DNA from: Octopus vulgaris | Taxonomy: Eukaryota | DNA: 64,000 nt | NCBI GenBank assembly: GCA_951406725.2 | Contig: OX597820.1 | Location: 46,066,001-46,130,000, forward strand | Direction of reading: 5' to 3' | In this document: positions 38,363 through 51,000 of the stretch, piece by piece | How the letters are laid out: every line of letters begins with the position of its first letter | Position numbering within the stretch: position 1 is the stretch's first letter | Position numbers and translations under genes: made by a program | The notes under the pieces: generated by a model | The model's database searches: none | Told to the model about the DNA's origin: nothing | The model's input: only the letters and a program-made list of their open reading frames with translations

Positions 38363-39150
38363 GACTCGCACAGTATACAATATTGTGAGGTTGTTGATTG
38401 AAGATATTGTGTCTACCGGCGTTTGTACTGTTTGTCAAGTCACAACAAGGGCCTCAGACAGACAGTACTTTACGCAATATGCATGCAGTTCCAAGCAATA
38501 CCGACTTTTGCAATACATCTAGATTGTAGGGTATCTCTAAGGTTTTCTGATGTTTCTTCAGATAGGGTAGTATTGAACCCAAAGCTCTGATGACCATAGG
38601 GATAACCTTTATATTTGACTCTCGCAGTTGCCACATTTTAGCGATCTCAATTCTCAGTTCTCCATATTCATTAACCTTTTCTCTATCTTTCATGATGATA
38701 TGTTGGTACTGCCACGTCGATTATTAGGCACTCTTGTTTGTCCTTCCTAAAGGTTCCGGCCTTCGGTACTCTAACACTGTATGTCTGGAAATCAAAGTCC
38801 CAGAGGCTTTTTTCCTAACCTTTTTCGTCCATTAGCTTTTCCGGTGTATGTTGGTACCAAGCACCGTAACCTCATATTCACACTTACGGTATAGTAGCCA
38901 GTGGAGGTTTTGGGTTACCTTGTTGTGTCTACGCTTGTACTCTTTCTGCGCAAGACTTCCACAAGCACTAACAATGTGAGTCACACTTTCGATCCTCATT
39001 TCCACACATTCTGCAGAGGCCCGATGCACCTGTGTGGTATATATTCTTTTTACTGAGTTGGTATTGAACGCCTGGTTTTGGGCCGCGATAATTAGGCTTT
39101 CAGTATTCTATTTTTTAGGTCACCCTTCTGGGGCCACTTCCATGATGCTC
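38362..39150 (-). mobile_element. R4/Dong-like non-LTR retrotransposon 3' part (CCHC knuckle plus RLE) ending in (TAA)n
   Basis: ESLIIAAQNQA...CRMCG..ESVTHIVSACGSLAQKEYKRRHNKV...LIIDVAVP...KVIPMVIRALG...LQKSVLLGTACILRKVLSV*; short 3' UTR, then (TAA)n. Confidence 0.88.
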
Positions 39151-39236
39151 CCTGGTCTTTTAATTTGTTGGTTGCACTGATGCTCCCTAGTTTTTTAATT
39201 TGTTGGTTTATTATAATGATGATAATAATAATAATA

Positions 39237-39349
<113 letters not shown>

Positions 39350-39997
39350 GAGGACATTTCTTATGAGTGAGAGAGAGCATATGAAATAATACCACATAAT
39401 CCATTTTTTCCTTTTTAAGTATCCTTGTAGTTGTAGATAGCGCCATTTTGCCCTTCTTATGGGCTCCTCAGTACATAACTTAGGATCATGAAATTAGTTG
39501 GTCTATGTTCATTTAAAACCTTTAAGAATTATATACGATCGATTTTCTTTTCTTTTATCTCTGTCTTTTTCCATTTTTGCATTATATTTTACTTTATCTT
39601 ATTTCATCCTATATTGCCTACGCGCGCTATCTTATATTACCCTCGTTTTACACAAAAGATTAAGTTATATCACCTTACGTTGCTCAGTATACAGCCTTAT
39701 ATTATCGCATGTTACCCAGAATATACGCATGTGTTACTCTGTGTTGTCCAGCTGACAACATCTATTGTCCTGCACACAGTATCTTGATATTCTATAGTAC
39801 CCTTCACATAATCTTATGTGAGCCCATGTTATCCAGAAAAGTATCATATGTTATCACATATGAAATATCTTACGTTCATCAACATTTCCCAGCATGTTAA
39901 CCCGTTCTGCTCAACATATTTTTATCTACGTTCCCCAAATTCCACATCAAACTATTTCTTAATATTTCTTCATCATGTTGTCTGTTTGTTTTTCCAG

Positions 39998-40103
39998 TTC
40001 GGTTACGATAGTATGATGTTTGGTCGCCTGGACTTCCAGGATAAAGACAAAAGAATGAGAGATAAGACGATGGAAATGTTATGGCGGGCAAGCGACAGCC
40101 TTG
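39998..40103 (+). CDS. MAN2B1: Lysosomal alpha-mannosidase exon, 106 bp
   Basis: TTTCCAG|TTC...CTTG|GTAAG; FGYDSMMFGRLDFQDKDKRMRDKTMEMLWRASDSL(G). Confidence 0.95.
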
Positions 40104-40322
40104 GTAAGATTTATTAAACCGTCTTCTGATACCCAACTCAAACGAAGGACGGATTTGTGACGCACAATTGTGTGTGTGTATGTATGTATTTATGTATGTA
40201 TGTATGTATGTATGTATATATGTATATGTATGTATGTATGTGTATGTGTGTATGTATGTGTATGTGTGTATGTATGTATGTATGTATGTATGTATGTATG
40301 TATACTTATGTATGTATGTATG

Positions 40323-40396
<74 letters not shown>

Positions 40397-40900
40397 CGGT
40401 GGGGAGATTCGATTTAGTATTAATAGTAAGGAGCTGACGTGGAAGACTCGTGAGAAGGTTGGAAAAAATACTGCTTTGTAATATTTGTCCAAGCACTCAA
40501 CGTTCTGAGTTCAAATCTCGCCGACGTTACCTTTTGAGGTCGATGAAATAAAGTACCAGTTTAGTTGATATAATCAACTAACCACCTCCCTTATGACTTA
40601 GGCTTGTACCTAAGTCAGGGATCATTAATAAAAATCACAACTTTTAACAAATGCACAAGGTCACACATTTTGCAAGTATGGTGTCTGGATTGAATCAACC
40701 CCAGTGCGCAATATGCACTCTTAGTCATAGATAAATATGCACCCCCACACGTACAGATAGATAGATAGACGCTGTCTATTATGCCGTTAGACTATTAAAG
40801 GGATAAATTGATGAAGTGAATATATGTAGAGTGATATAACGTTTGTTGTTGCTGACAAATCACCGAACTCTATCCTACTTGCTGTTTTATTTGTTCATAG

Positions 40901-40998
40901 GCAGGAAGGCAAACCTGTTCACGTCGGCCATGTTTAACAACTACAACTACCCCAATGGACTTTGCTGGGATGAATTCTGTCGACAGGATCCTATTGTG
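40901..40998 (+). CDS. MAN2B1: Lysosomal alpha-mannosidase exon, 98 bp
   Basis: TTCATAG|GC...GTG|GTGAGT; GRKANLFTSAMFNNYNYPNGLCWDEFCRQDPIV. Confidence 0.93.
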
Positions 40999-42480
40999 GT
41001 GAGTACACATCGTTATTGATTTTTACACCATATACTGAGTTTTAGACGCTACTTCATGGTATCCTTTGTTTTAACATCTTCTCCGTTGTAAAAGTAGAAA
41101 TGGTTGACCAATCTGGTAAGGCAATACGTTATTAATTGAGAGATTGCCGTTTTGTATTTTATCATTAGCATAATGTTGCCCAAGTACTTAATCCTTAAAT
41201 GGCTCGAAAATACAGGATGATCAGTTAATTATGATTTTGTTCAACATATTCCCCTCTTAGATTCACACATATATAACGGGAACTGTATATAAGAAAGAAC
41301 CGAATAACTTTGATTCCTTTAATATATCGGCTGAGAAAGCATTTATGTAGTTGCTACAGATACTAGAATTAGCAGCTAAGGCACTGTTAAGTCTCATCTT
41401 GCCACTTTAAAGAAAGGGAAGATACACTGTGTAAGGCGAGCTTACGTACAATATGTTTGAATAAAAGATGAGATAGCCACAACTGGAAGGCGTTTTATCA
41501 TATGACCGATTTATGAGATCTGACGTTGGGCTACACAACAAGAATCCTTAGATATATTAGATGGTATTTATGTCTTCAATGGTGATATACAGGCTTACGG
41601 GAGTTGCTAATCCATACGACTTTATTCTCTCAATGAAAGCTGGATGAAAATACCGAGAGACTGCAAAATGTTGTTTTTAAAACTCAGGATGCTAGAGTGT
41701 CAGATTTTCAGTACTAATCTAGAATAATCTTACGGCGGTGTTGTATAATTTCTAACATTGAGACACGTTCAAAATATATCTAACTGGTCGACTGAAATTG
41801 GAAAGAAAAAGAACCATAAGTTGATCAAGGTTGAAGACATTCATAAAAATGAAATGACAACAGTTATTCAGGGTAGCGAAACAGAATAGCAAAACACGAC
41901 TTCAGTCTACCGTGGAATACTAAGTAAATATGGATAACAAAGGACACACAGCTACATTTCTATGGGCAATTTCATTTTGCATAATAGATTGAATTTGTCT
42001 TTCTGTACTAAAGTAACAGATGAAATCAAAACTAGAAATATACGTTTATTCTCGTTTATTATTGATTCATCGATTCATTCATCATTGATCCGGGATAATA
42101 CGGTACGCTCAGTTGTGAACAGTGCTGTGCTAATCACGAATTAAATCATAATAATATAAGTCGGTGATCAGTTAAAGATTTTGCTTGGATCACAAAAGTC
42201 TGCCTGAATGTTCAGTTATTCATAATGCTCAACTATCCACCATGCATTGATTATCGCTCGTGTTTACATAACTGTGCTGCGAGTTTGTATATTTTCTGTA
42301 TCGATTTACGTACTGGTACTCATCAATATACGACCAGTGAACAGAAAAAACAAATTTCACAACACCATATATTTTGGGGATGAAACATCCCCAATTAACG
42401 AAGATAGATGTACTGGGTTAGATTTATTCCACTATTCTTCCCACCTTTTTACTAATGTAAGAATTTTTATTGTTTTGCAG

Positions 42481-42552
42481 GAGCGTAAAGACCTTCCAGA
42501 ATATAATGCAAACCACTATCTGCAGCTTTTTAATAGTGCGGCAGATGAACAG
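42481..42552 (+). CDS. MAN2B1: Lysosomal alpha-mannosidase exon, 72 bp
   Basis: TTTTGCAG|GAG...CAG|GTAAAT; ERKDLPEYNANHYLQLFNSAADEQ; phase 0/0 fits both neighbours. Confidence 0.88.
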
Positions 42553-42893
42553 GTAAATATTACTATAATTAGTTTGTATTGTGTAACACACTTGTAGTTG
42601 AATAATAAACGGATAGTAAAAGTGCAAACAACAATGGGTAGTGAGCGTGAATGTGAATAACAGTGAATGGTAGCTTTAAACTGATAATATCTCATGTAAA
42701 CTTGACTATAACTGTGTATGAAATATCAAATATCAAAGGCAGGCTGTGGTGAATAAAATCATTTTGCAACCGCATGATTTTGAGTTAAGTTTCACTGCGT
42801 GGCGGATTAGTAAAGTGTCTTTTACTATAATCCCAGGTCGACCAATGCCTTGTAAGTGAATTTAGGGGGAGGAAAGGGTGTGTAAGTCCGTCG

Positions 42894-42937
<44 letters not shown>

Positions 42938-42979
42938 TATTATCCGAAGTGTACTGTATTATATATCCATTACCACCGA

Positions 42980-43061
42980 TCTTACCAATCGGTTTCGCGC
43001 TAGGGATTCAACGGAGTGTAAGGTAACAAGCTGATTATGTAACCCTGCGCTCATCAGAGGG
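42980..43061 (-). ncRNA. Hammerhead ribozyme with extended stem II
   Basis: Minus strand CTGATGA-GCGCAGGG-(~37 nt)-CCCT(A)GCGC-GAAA-CC-GATT-GG-TA; canonical core and G-C closing pair; stem I weak (about 2 bp). Confidence 0.65.
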
Positions 43062-43484
43062 AGCCGTTATGGAATGAAATATGGCGACTGCACTCTGTTG
43101 TTGGAGGTGAAGACACATCCGGTTTGTGGTTGCTGTCAAAAAAGATTATTAAACGAAACGATTGAGTTAAGAGTTACGCCCCTTGGTAGCAAAACATCGC
43201 TAGTGGAGTGGTTGTGTTGAGATCGGTAAGATTTTCCATACCTTTGTATGTGTGTGTGTGTGTGTGTGTGTTCGTGCGTGTGTGTGTGCGTGTGTGTTTG
43301 CTTGTGTTTGTCCGCTACCATCGCTTGACAACTGGCAGTGGTTTGTTTTCCTCCATGTAACATAACGGTTCAGCAAAAGACTGATAGAATAAGTACTAGA
43401 TTCAAAAAATATACACTGTGGTCGATTTGTGCTTCAACATGGCTGTAATTCAATGACTGGAACAAGTAAAAGATGAAACAAATA

Positions 43485-43905
43485 CAGTGGTTCTCAAACT
43501 GACAGACACAAGCCTCTGCCCCATCAAAAACAGTAGTGAAATTTTTGGCACTTCCTCCCTTCTTTATTTACGAAAAGTCTGAAGATTTTACATCCATATA
43601 ATTTTTCGATCGCTAAGGTATTGGAAAAGAATAAAATGTTTAAAGTCATCTTAAGCTTATTTAAATATGGCTATTTGTCCACTTTTCAATCCTCTCAGTC
43701 CTGTACCCAGAGGTGCGGTCAGGTCTGCATCAACGTCGTTATAGTCCCTACCACTGAGACTTAAAATATTTATTGATGACAAGCTATGGCATACATAAAT
43801 CTGTATTGATTAGCATTGGGCTCCTTGACACGTATGGTAAATGCTCAATGTACCCATAGTTCAACACGGCACTGAGTTCGTTTCCCACCTCTTTGAGAAA
43901 CGCCG
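43485..43905. mobile_element. Possible hAT MITE
   Basis: CAGTGGTTCTCAAAC... / ...CTTTGAGAAACGCCG termini; no clear TSD. Confidence 0.4.
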
Positions 43906-44873
43906 AGAGTTTATACATTACTATTTACGTAGTTATCATTCAATATTTTAATCCCTATTTTCTGTTATTCTTGTTATTTCTTTGATGTCTCCGAATATAT
44001 TTCACCAAAGTGGATTGACAAAGTCTGTTGTGTTGTTCATACCAGACTTTATGTTTGTTACCTGCATCTCATTAGAACATCGGACAAACTGCCAAGCACG
44101 AGGTATTTGTTCCTTTTTTAAATCAAATTTCTGAGTTCAAATGCTACCAAGGTCAACTTTACCTTTCGCCCTTTCGTAGTTGACAAAATAAATACGAGCT
44201 GAGTCCTGGGGTCGATGTACGCAAGCCACTACGTTCCGAGTTCAAATTCCGTCAAGGTTGCCATTACTTTTCATCTTTTCGGGGTCGATAAAATTAGTAC
44301 CAGTTTAACACTGGGGTCAGCTCATCCCATCCTCTCAATTTGCTGCCCTTGTGGCAAAATTTGAAACCATTATTATTATTATTATTACTACTACTACTAC
44401 TACTAGTACTACTACTACTACTACTATTATTATTATTGTTGTTGTTGTTGTTGTTGTTAGTGCTGTTTTTATTGTTCAACATTTGGTAGCATTGTGTGTT
44501 CTATTTTTGTTGTTGGGAGTGTACAAATACTTTCCGGTATTGTACTGAGTCAGTTTCTTTTCTTTTAAACTTTTGAGATGTGATGCAGTCTTTTGTTGTA
44601 TTAGTGTTTGTATGGTGCGTCGTGTGTATAATGCATCGGGTAATCGGATTGCCGGTGGTCATTTATTTCATTGGATAATTGCTATGTAGACTGTCTTGTG
44701 TTTTATTATTATTATTGTTCAACATTTGGTAGTTTCAGGAAAATTTCTACTGCGTCACCTGCTACATCTCCTTGTTGTTGGGATGTGTGCAGTAGCATTG
44801 TCTTTTTTTTTTGTTGGGAGTGTGCAAACTCTCGCTCTAATTGAATTGCGTCAGTTTTTTTGTATGGGGTGTG

Positions 44874-44918
<45 letters not shown>

Positions 44919-45755
44919 TATTATTATTATTGTTATTATTACATGAATTCATCAGAGAGAGAAAAGCAAAGCCAATGACCTATTTGAGGACATTGGCTCT
45001 CGCAGGAGGAAGTTTTTCCTCGACCATCTCTCTGGCATGAATACTTACAACAGAGCGCTCTCCGCTAAAGGCATCCAGGAACCGAAGTGAGGGGAGGCTG
45101 AGATTTATATTGGACTACGAATTAAGTCTGCTAGAGGAACATAACGGATAAGGAAGGATAGTGTTCATGGTCTTTGTAATCTATTACTAATCGATGAGAT
45201 CGATTTGGTTAAGTTTGAATATCTGTTGACGAGATCTATATGGTTCACTTTAAATATCTAAAGGTGAAATCGATAAGGTTCCCTTTGAATGGCCGCTGGT
45301 TAGTGTCCGTAGAAATATATATTGGTGTGCAGCAAATCCATGTAGATTCTGGCTAGGAAGAATTTGAACACATATTTAGATGTCCTGGGTGAATGACGCT
45401 CAAAAATGATAGAGAAGTAAGGACAACTCATTGACGTATCGTGCTGAGCTTCACTCAGCGCCATCCTATGATATGCATCCATCATAATGGGCTGTTAGAG
45501 AAAGTATGGTTGTGAGGTTAAGAAACTCGATTTGCAGTTTTGAGTTCGATCACGCAACGCCGCATCTTGAGTGCCTTCTACAGTAGCCTATTAACATGTT
45601 TTTGAGTGAATTTGACGGATGGACGGACAATGAGTGGAAACGCGTGCGCATATATATATATATATATACATATACACGCGTGCGCGCACACACACACGCA
45701 CATACACACCCACAACAAAAGAGGTGGTGGTGTTTCTACGCAGGAAAAAATAAAG

Positions 45756-46223
45756 GAAAATGTATTGTTGAAAATGCACCTAAATTTCAAAACCTCGTAA
45801 ATGTTTAAAATGCATTAATTTACGTATATACCAAACTAGCTGCAACAATATTTTTTTGTTTATCAATGGTAAAAGTTTAAAATTAGAAAAACATATTTAA
45901 AAGTTTCAATGTTGACAAATTAAAATGTTTTAATGTTGATAAATTAACATGTTCAAAACAGGTGTGAGTTTAATGTTCATAGTAGTCAATGAAATTAAAA
46001 GTGTATATCAATTTGTTTGAATGTACAAAGTCAATTTGTTTTTGTGATGGTCGACAAATCATACTGTCAACATTGAAACTTTTAAAGATGGTTTTCTAAT
46101 TTTAAAAATTTTACCGTTGATAAACAAAAAAATATTGTTGAAACTAGTTTGGTATATATGTAAATATATGTATTTTAAACATTTAGGAGTTTTTGAAATT
46201 TAGGTGCATTTTCAACAACACAT

Positions 46224-46227
<4 letters not shown>
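45756..46227. repeat. AT-rich foldback: imperfect ~160-bp inverted arms with a ~150-bp spacer
   Basis: 45756-45917 (GAAAATGTATTGTTGAAAATGCACCTAAATTTC...GTTTCAATGTTGACA) pairs with 46065-46227. Confidence 0.85.
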
Positions 46228-46266
<39 letters not shown>

Positions 46267-46458
46267 TTATCTCATGGTACGATATGAACATTTAACGTGG
46301 TTTTTAAAGTCAGGGTTTTGACTGCTATTTCGGCATGGTGGTGTCTCTCAGACACCCTTATTTTTAGTTGTAAAAAAAATTATGACCTTTGTACGGTATT
46401 TTTTCCCATGCTGGCCACTTGATAATATCAATATTTAAATATCGATATTATCCTTATT

Positions 46459-46490
<32 letters not shown>

Positions 46491-46491
<1 letters not shown>

Positions 46492-47135
46492 GGTGGATTC
46501 CTCCTTTTCGCCTTCGGCCCAGTGCGTCCATGCTGCCAACAAAGCACGCGGAATTCTGTTCTTGATTCGACGGTCATTCGGAATGCTCACAGCAGCCATA
46601 TTCCTACCACTCTATGTCACGCTGGTGAGACCCATATTGGAATACGGGATTCAAGCCTCTTCTCCTTATCTCCTCAAAGACATACAGCATCTCGAAAGAG
46701 TCCAGAAGCTGGCTACCCGCATGGTTCATGGTCTCAAAAATTTGTCCTATGAAGAAAGGCTGAGGACGCTCGACCTTTATTCTCTAGAAAAACGCCGCCG
46801 CCGTGGTGATCTCATTCTCGCCCACAGCATCATAAGCGGAAAGTGTAACCTCTTGAAAGAGCTGTTCTTCACTCCTGCTCCAGAGCGTCGGCTGCGGGGT
46901 CATTCCGAAAAGCTCTACCTGCGACGATTTCATCTCAACCGAAGGAGAGGAGCTTTCTCCGTCCGGGTTGCGGATCCGTGGAACAAGCTGCCAGACGAGA
47001 TGGTGAAGATGCCAACGACCGCTTTGTTCAAAGCCTCCCTTGACCTTAAGTGGCCTGAACTCTTTACATGAACACCACCCTGTACTTAACTCCATGTCCC
47101 CCTACATGGCCTTGCTATTTGCTTTTGAGCCAAAT

Positions 47136-47180
<45 letters not shown>
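46491..47180 (+). mobile_element. Young 5'-truncated CR1-clade LINE 3' end with (TAAC)n tail
   Basis: Uninterrupted ORF to 47071: LYVTLVRPILEYG...LERVQKLATRMV..LSYEERL..LDLYSLEKRRRRGDLI...RGH..KL...FSVRV..WNKLP; flanked by (TA)n on both sides. Confidence 0.93.
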
Positions 47181-47229
<49 letters not shown>

Positions 47230-47337
47230 TACCTTTGGATATCCTTGTTGCTTATTTTGAGTATATATATCTGCTTGAGAGATTAATGTTATCTTCATAA
47301 CAATTGAATTCACGTTGAGTTTATATTTTCTATTCAG

Positions 47338-47454
47338 GCAGATTCCTATGCTACCAATCACATTATTTTCACAATGGGAGCCGACTTTCAGTACACGAAC
47401 GCCGAGAGTTGGTTCACAAACCTGGACAAACTGATTAAGATCGTCAATGAGCAG
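47338..47454 (+). CDS. MAN2B1: Lysosomal alpha-mannosidase exon, 117 bp, with acid/base Asp
   Basis: TATTCAG|GCA...CAG|GTAAGA; [39 protein letters not shown] (MGxDFQY). Confidence 0.96.
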
Positions 47455-47784
47455 GTAAGACAAAATATATTAAATTTACTTTTGCAAATTACTTATTTTC
47501 TGCATACAGTATACACACGTTGCCTGTCCTAGATAAAAGGACGGGAGGTAATTTCAACTCGTCGACTGATGTACAAATTCTTCATTGAGAACTTCATGGA
47601 AGACTTCCCCTCCCCGACTCTTGTGTGACAGATGACAACCGACATGCTTTACCATGTCTGTTGCTTAAATTTTCTGAAAGTTTTTCAAAGATGCTGCTAG
47701 GGTCACATAACGGAACGAAACTACGTTTCGGAAATGTGATATTGAGCCCTTTAACTGTTTATGTTTTTGCACCACAAGTGAAAA

Positions 47785-47873
<89 letters not shown>

Positions 47874-48248
47874 GTCTGTATGTCTGTCTGTCTGTCTGTC
47901 TGTCGGTCCATACATACATGCATGCATGCATACACGCACATACATTCATACATACATACACACATACATGCATATATACATACACACATACATGCATACA
48001 TGCATACATACGTTATACATGTATACATGTATACATACATACATAGATGCAAGCATGCATACATACATACACATGTATACACATGCATGCATACATCATA
48101 CATGTATACATGTATGCATATATACATGCATACATACATCATACCTGTATATATTCATACATACATGCCAGTATGCATACATACGTATATACACACATAC
48201 ATACATACATACATACATACATACATACATACATACATACATACATAC

Positions 48249-48280
<32 letters not shown>

Positions 48281-48462
48281 GCGTGTGCGTGCGTGTGCGT
48301 GTGTGTATACACGTGGTTGTGTGGCGCAGCAAGACATTCGTTTCTCATCCCACATAATTCCGGGTTCAGTCTATTATATCCCTGACCGTCCAAAGCGTTG
48401 TGAATGGATTCACTGACGGAAGCTTACATACGTACACGCACACACACATACACGCACGCACA

Positions 48463-48517
<55 letters not shown>

Positions 48518-48765
48518 ACACAGATGACTGTATGACTGAATTATAATACTGAACCCGGAACTATGTGAGATGTATATACATGTGGGAAGTATATATATAT
48601 ATAGGTGTATGTATATGTGTATGTGCGTGTGTGTATGTATGTGTGAGTGTGTGTGTGTGTGTGTGTGTCTACATATCAAAGAAGCATTAACCAATATATC
48701 TTGCTTTCTCATATTAGTCTCTATCAACATCAATATGTTGGTATTGAACGCATCATAGGCATACA

Positions 48766-48849
<84 letters not shown>

Positions 48850-49549
48850 GAATGCATGCACGAACACTTTGAAAGGACTGATGTAGCGAGAAAAAATAGG
48901 GCTTGTCGGAAGCAGGTCGTAACATTGTTAGTCATCGAAAATTTGATTGGTTGCCAAACGACCAATCAGTCAGCAAAGGTATTATACTTTTACCTATTTA
49001 ATAGTTATGCACAGAACATATATATATATATTCATCTGTTCACATGTAGAAACATGCAATATTTTTCAGATCTTTAATGTTATATATCTAAAGCTTATAA
49101 AATCAAGGAAGATCACTATTGTTCATATTGTTTTATTGCTGACAAAACAGTTATATTCTTTTTCAGTATTTAAACGTATTTTAGGATATGGTAACTGTAT
49201 TATGTGTGTAATAAATTATTTCAGTCATTTGAGTGTTGGACATTTCTCAGGGAATTTTGATGGAAGTATTTGCAATAATGTATTGTTGTACTTGATTATG
49301 GTCATCTTTTTGCCAATAAACTTGTGCATAGAATATATATTTGATCTTCACTTTTTTATTACTACTACAAAAGGCGGCGAGTGGCAGAATCGTCAGCACA
49401 TAGCAATATTTCGTCCGTATTTATGTTCTGAGTTCAAATTCCGCTGAGGTCAACTTTGCCTTTCATCCTTTCGCGGTCGATAAAATAACTACCAGTGAAA
49501 CACTGGGGCCGATGTAATCGACTAGTTTCCTCCCCCAAAATTTTAAACC

Positions 49550-49606
49550 ATGTAGTAGTCCACGCTCTTAACCCCAAGATTCCGAGTTCGATTCCATGCA
49601 GTGACT

Positions 49607-49670
<64 letters not shown>

Positions 49671-49888
49671 TAACAATAATAACAACAACAAGAGCAACAA
49701 CAAGAACAACAACATCGAAAAGTACCTTAGGAATGAGAACCCAGGTTTGAAATTTCCCCAAGACACCCGATGAAGGCTGGAGGATATATCAGCCGAAACG
49801 TTGTGTTAACAGCAAACAACATGAAGACAAATATTCCGTCAATTGTAAATAATGTACATAGTTCTTCATCTCTTAAATATAGAACTGT
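49550..49888 (+). mobile_element. Penelope pseudo-LTR: tRNA-like segment, (AAT)n, hammerhead
   Basis: ~49735-49888 is a diverged reverse complement of ~32676-32827; 49550-49600 matches the tRNA-like segment that follows the endonuclease at ~33300-33365. Confidence 0.75.
49763..49806 (+). ncRNA. Minimal hammerhead ribozyme (CCGAUGA variant), same family as 32758-32801
   Basis: ACAC-CCGATGA-AGGCTG-GAGGATATAT-CAGCC-GAAACGTT-GTGT; stem II GGCTG/CAGCC is perfect. Confidence 0.68.
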
Positions 49889-50039
49889 AGCATTTCGTTC
49901 GTGTTCACGTTCTGAGTTCAAATTTCGCCAAGGTCGACTTTGCCTCTCATCCTTTCGGAGTTGATAAATTAAGTACCAGTAAAACCCAGGAGTCGATGCA
50001 ATCGACTAGTTCTCTCACCACAAATTTCATGTCCTCATC

Positions 50040-50690
50040 CAATCGGACAGTGCGATAGGTGGAATGTCTACTTTAGCCTTTTATAAAGGATCAGTGGAGG
50101 AAAAGTGCGTGGATGTTCTTGGCGGGGTGGGGTGGGGACCTTGGTTGGGCATCGAAGAAGATCAGCTAGTCGCTCTTTTCTGTAGAACTTTCGGACCGAG
50201 ATCGATGGATAATTTCCAAAATTCTCTGGCCTGGCAGTGCTACCGGGGAGCTTTGCCTGTTCGAGATAAACTTTATAGGCACAGAAGTGCCATCAGCCGA
50301 GCATTTCCGAGACGGTCTTGCATTCACTTGTCCAGTGCCCGAACATTGCTGACCTATAGGTATATGTCGAACACTTGCTGTCGCGTGTGGGACAGATCCG
50401 GCTGTCAGCTGAATCCATTGTGAAGATCTCCTCGCCGCCTTCCTTTAGCCAGGAAGGTAAGGCTATTTTTATGTCTGGTGGCCATGGCGAAAGAGGTTGT
50501 ATGGTGGACGTGATTGAAGGGGCTGAAGACAAACACTTTTCACTTTGGCCAGTTCTTGATGAACTACTTGAAAAGGAAAATAAGGGTAGAGAGGGAAGTG
50601 TTGTCTTCTAGCCAGTTTGCTGACAGCTTGATGAAAGTGGCGAGAATGGGGCGAGTGAACGGGTCTGCTCTGAGCATACGCCAGTAGTTG
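50040..50690 (+). mobile_element. Tx1/L1-like LINE ORF2 C-terminal (zf-RVT-like) fragment
   Basis: FQNSLAWQCYRGALPVRDKLYRH..., frameshifted, ending YLKRKIRVEREVLSS. Confidence 0.7.
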
Positions 50691-50929
50691 GGGAAAAAAA
50701 GGAAAGGAAAAAGATACTTACCCCATAGTTTTTATGGGATTTTCCCATGAGCACCCCTCAAACGCTTCCTCCATATTGAGAATTGCACATTGTTGATTTA
50801 AAAAAAAAATTGTTAGTCTTATTTACACGCAAAACCCTCACAACACACACTCACACACACACACACACGCGCATTCTTTGTTTTGTCATGTGCTGTCCAT
50901 AATGTAAAATTGTTGTGGTTAATAAAGAA

Positions 50930-51000
<71 letters not shown>

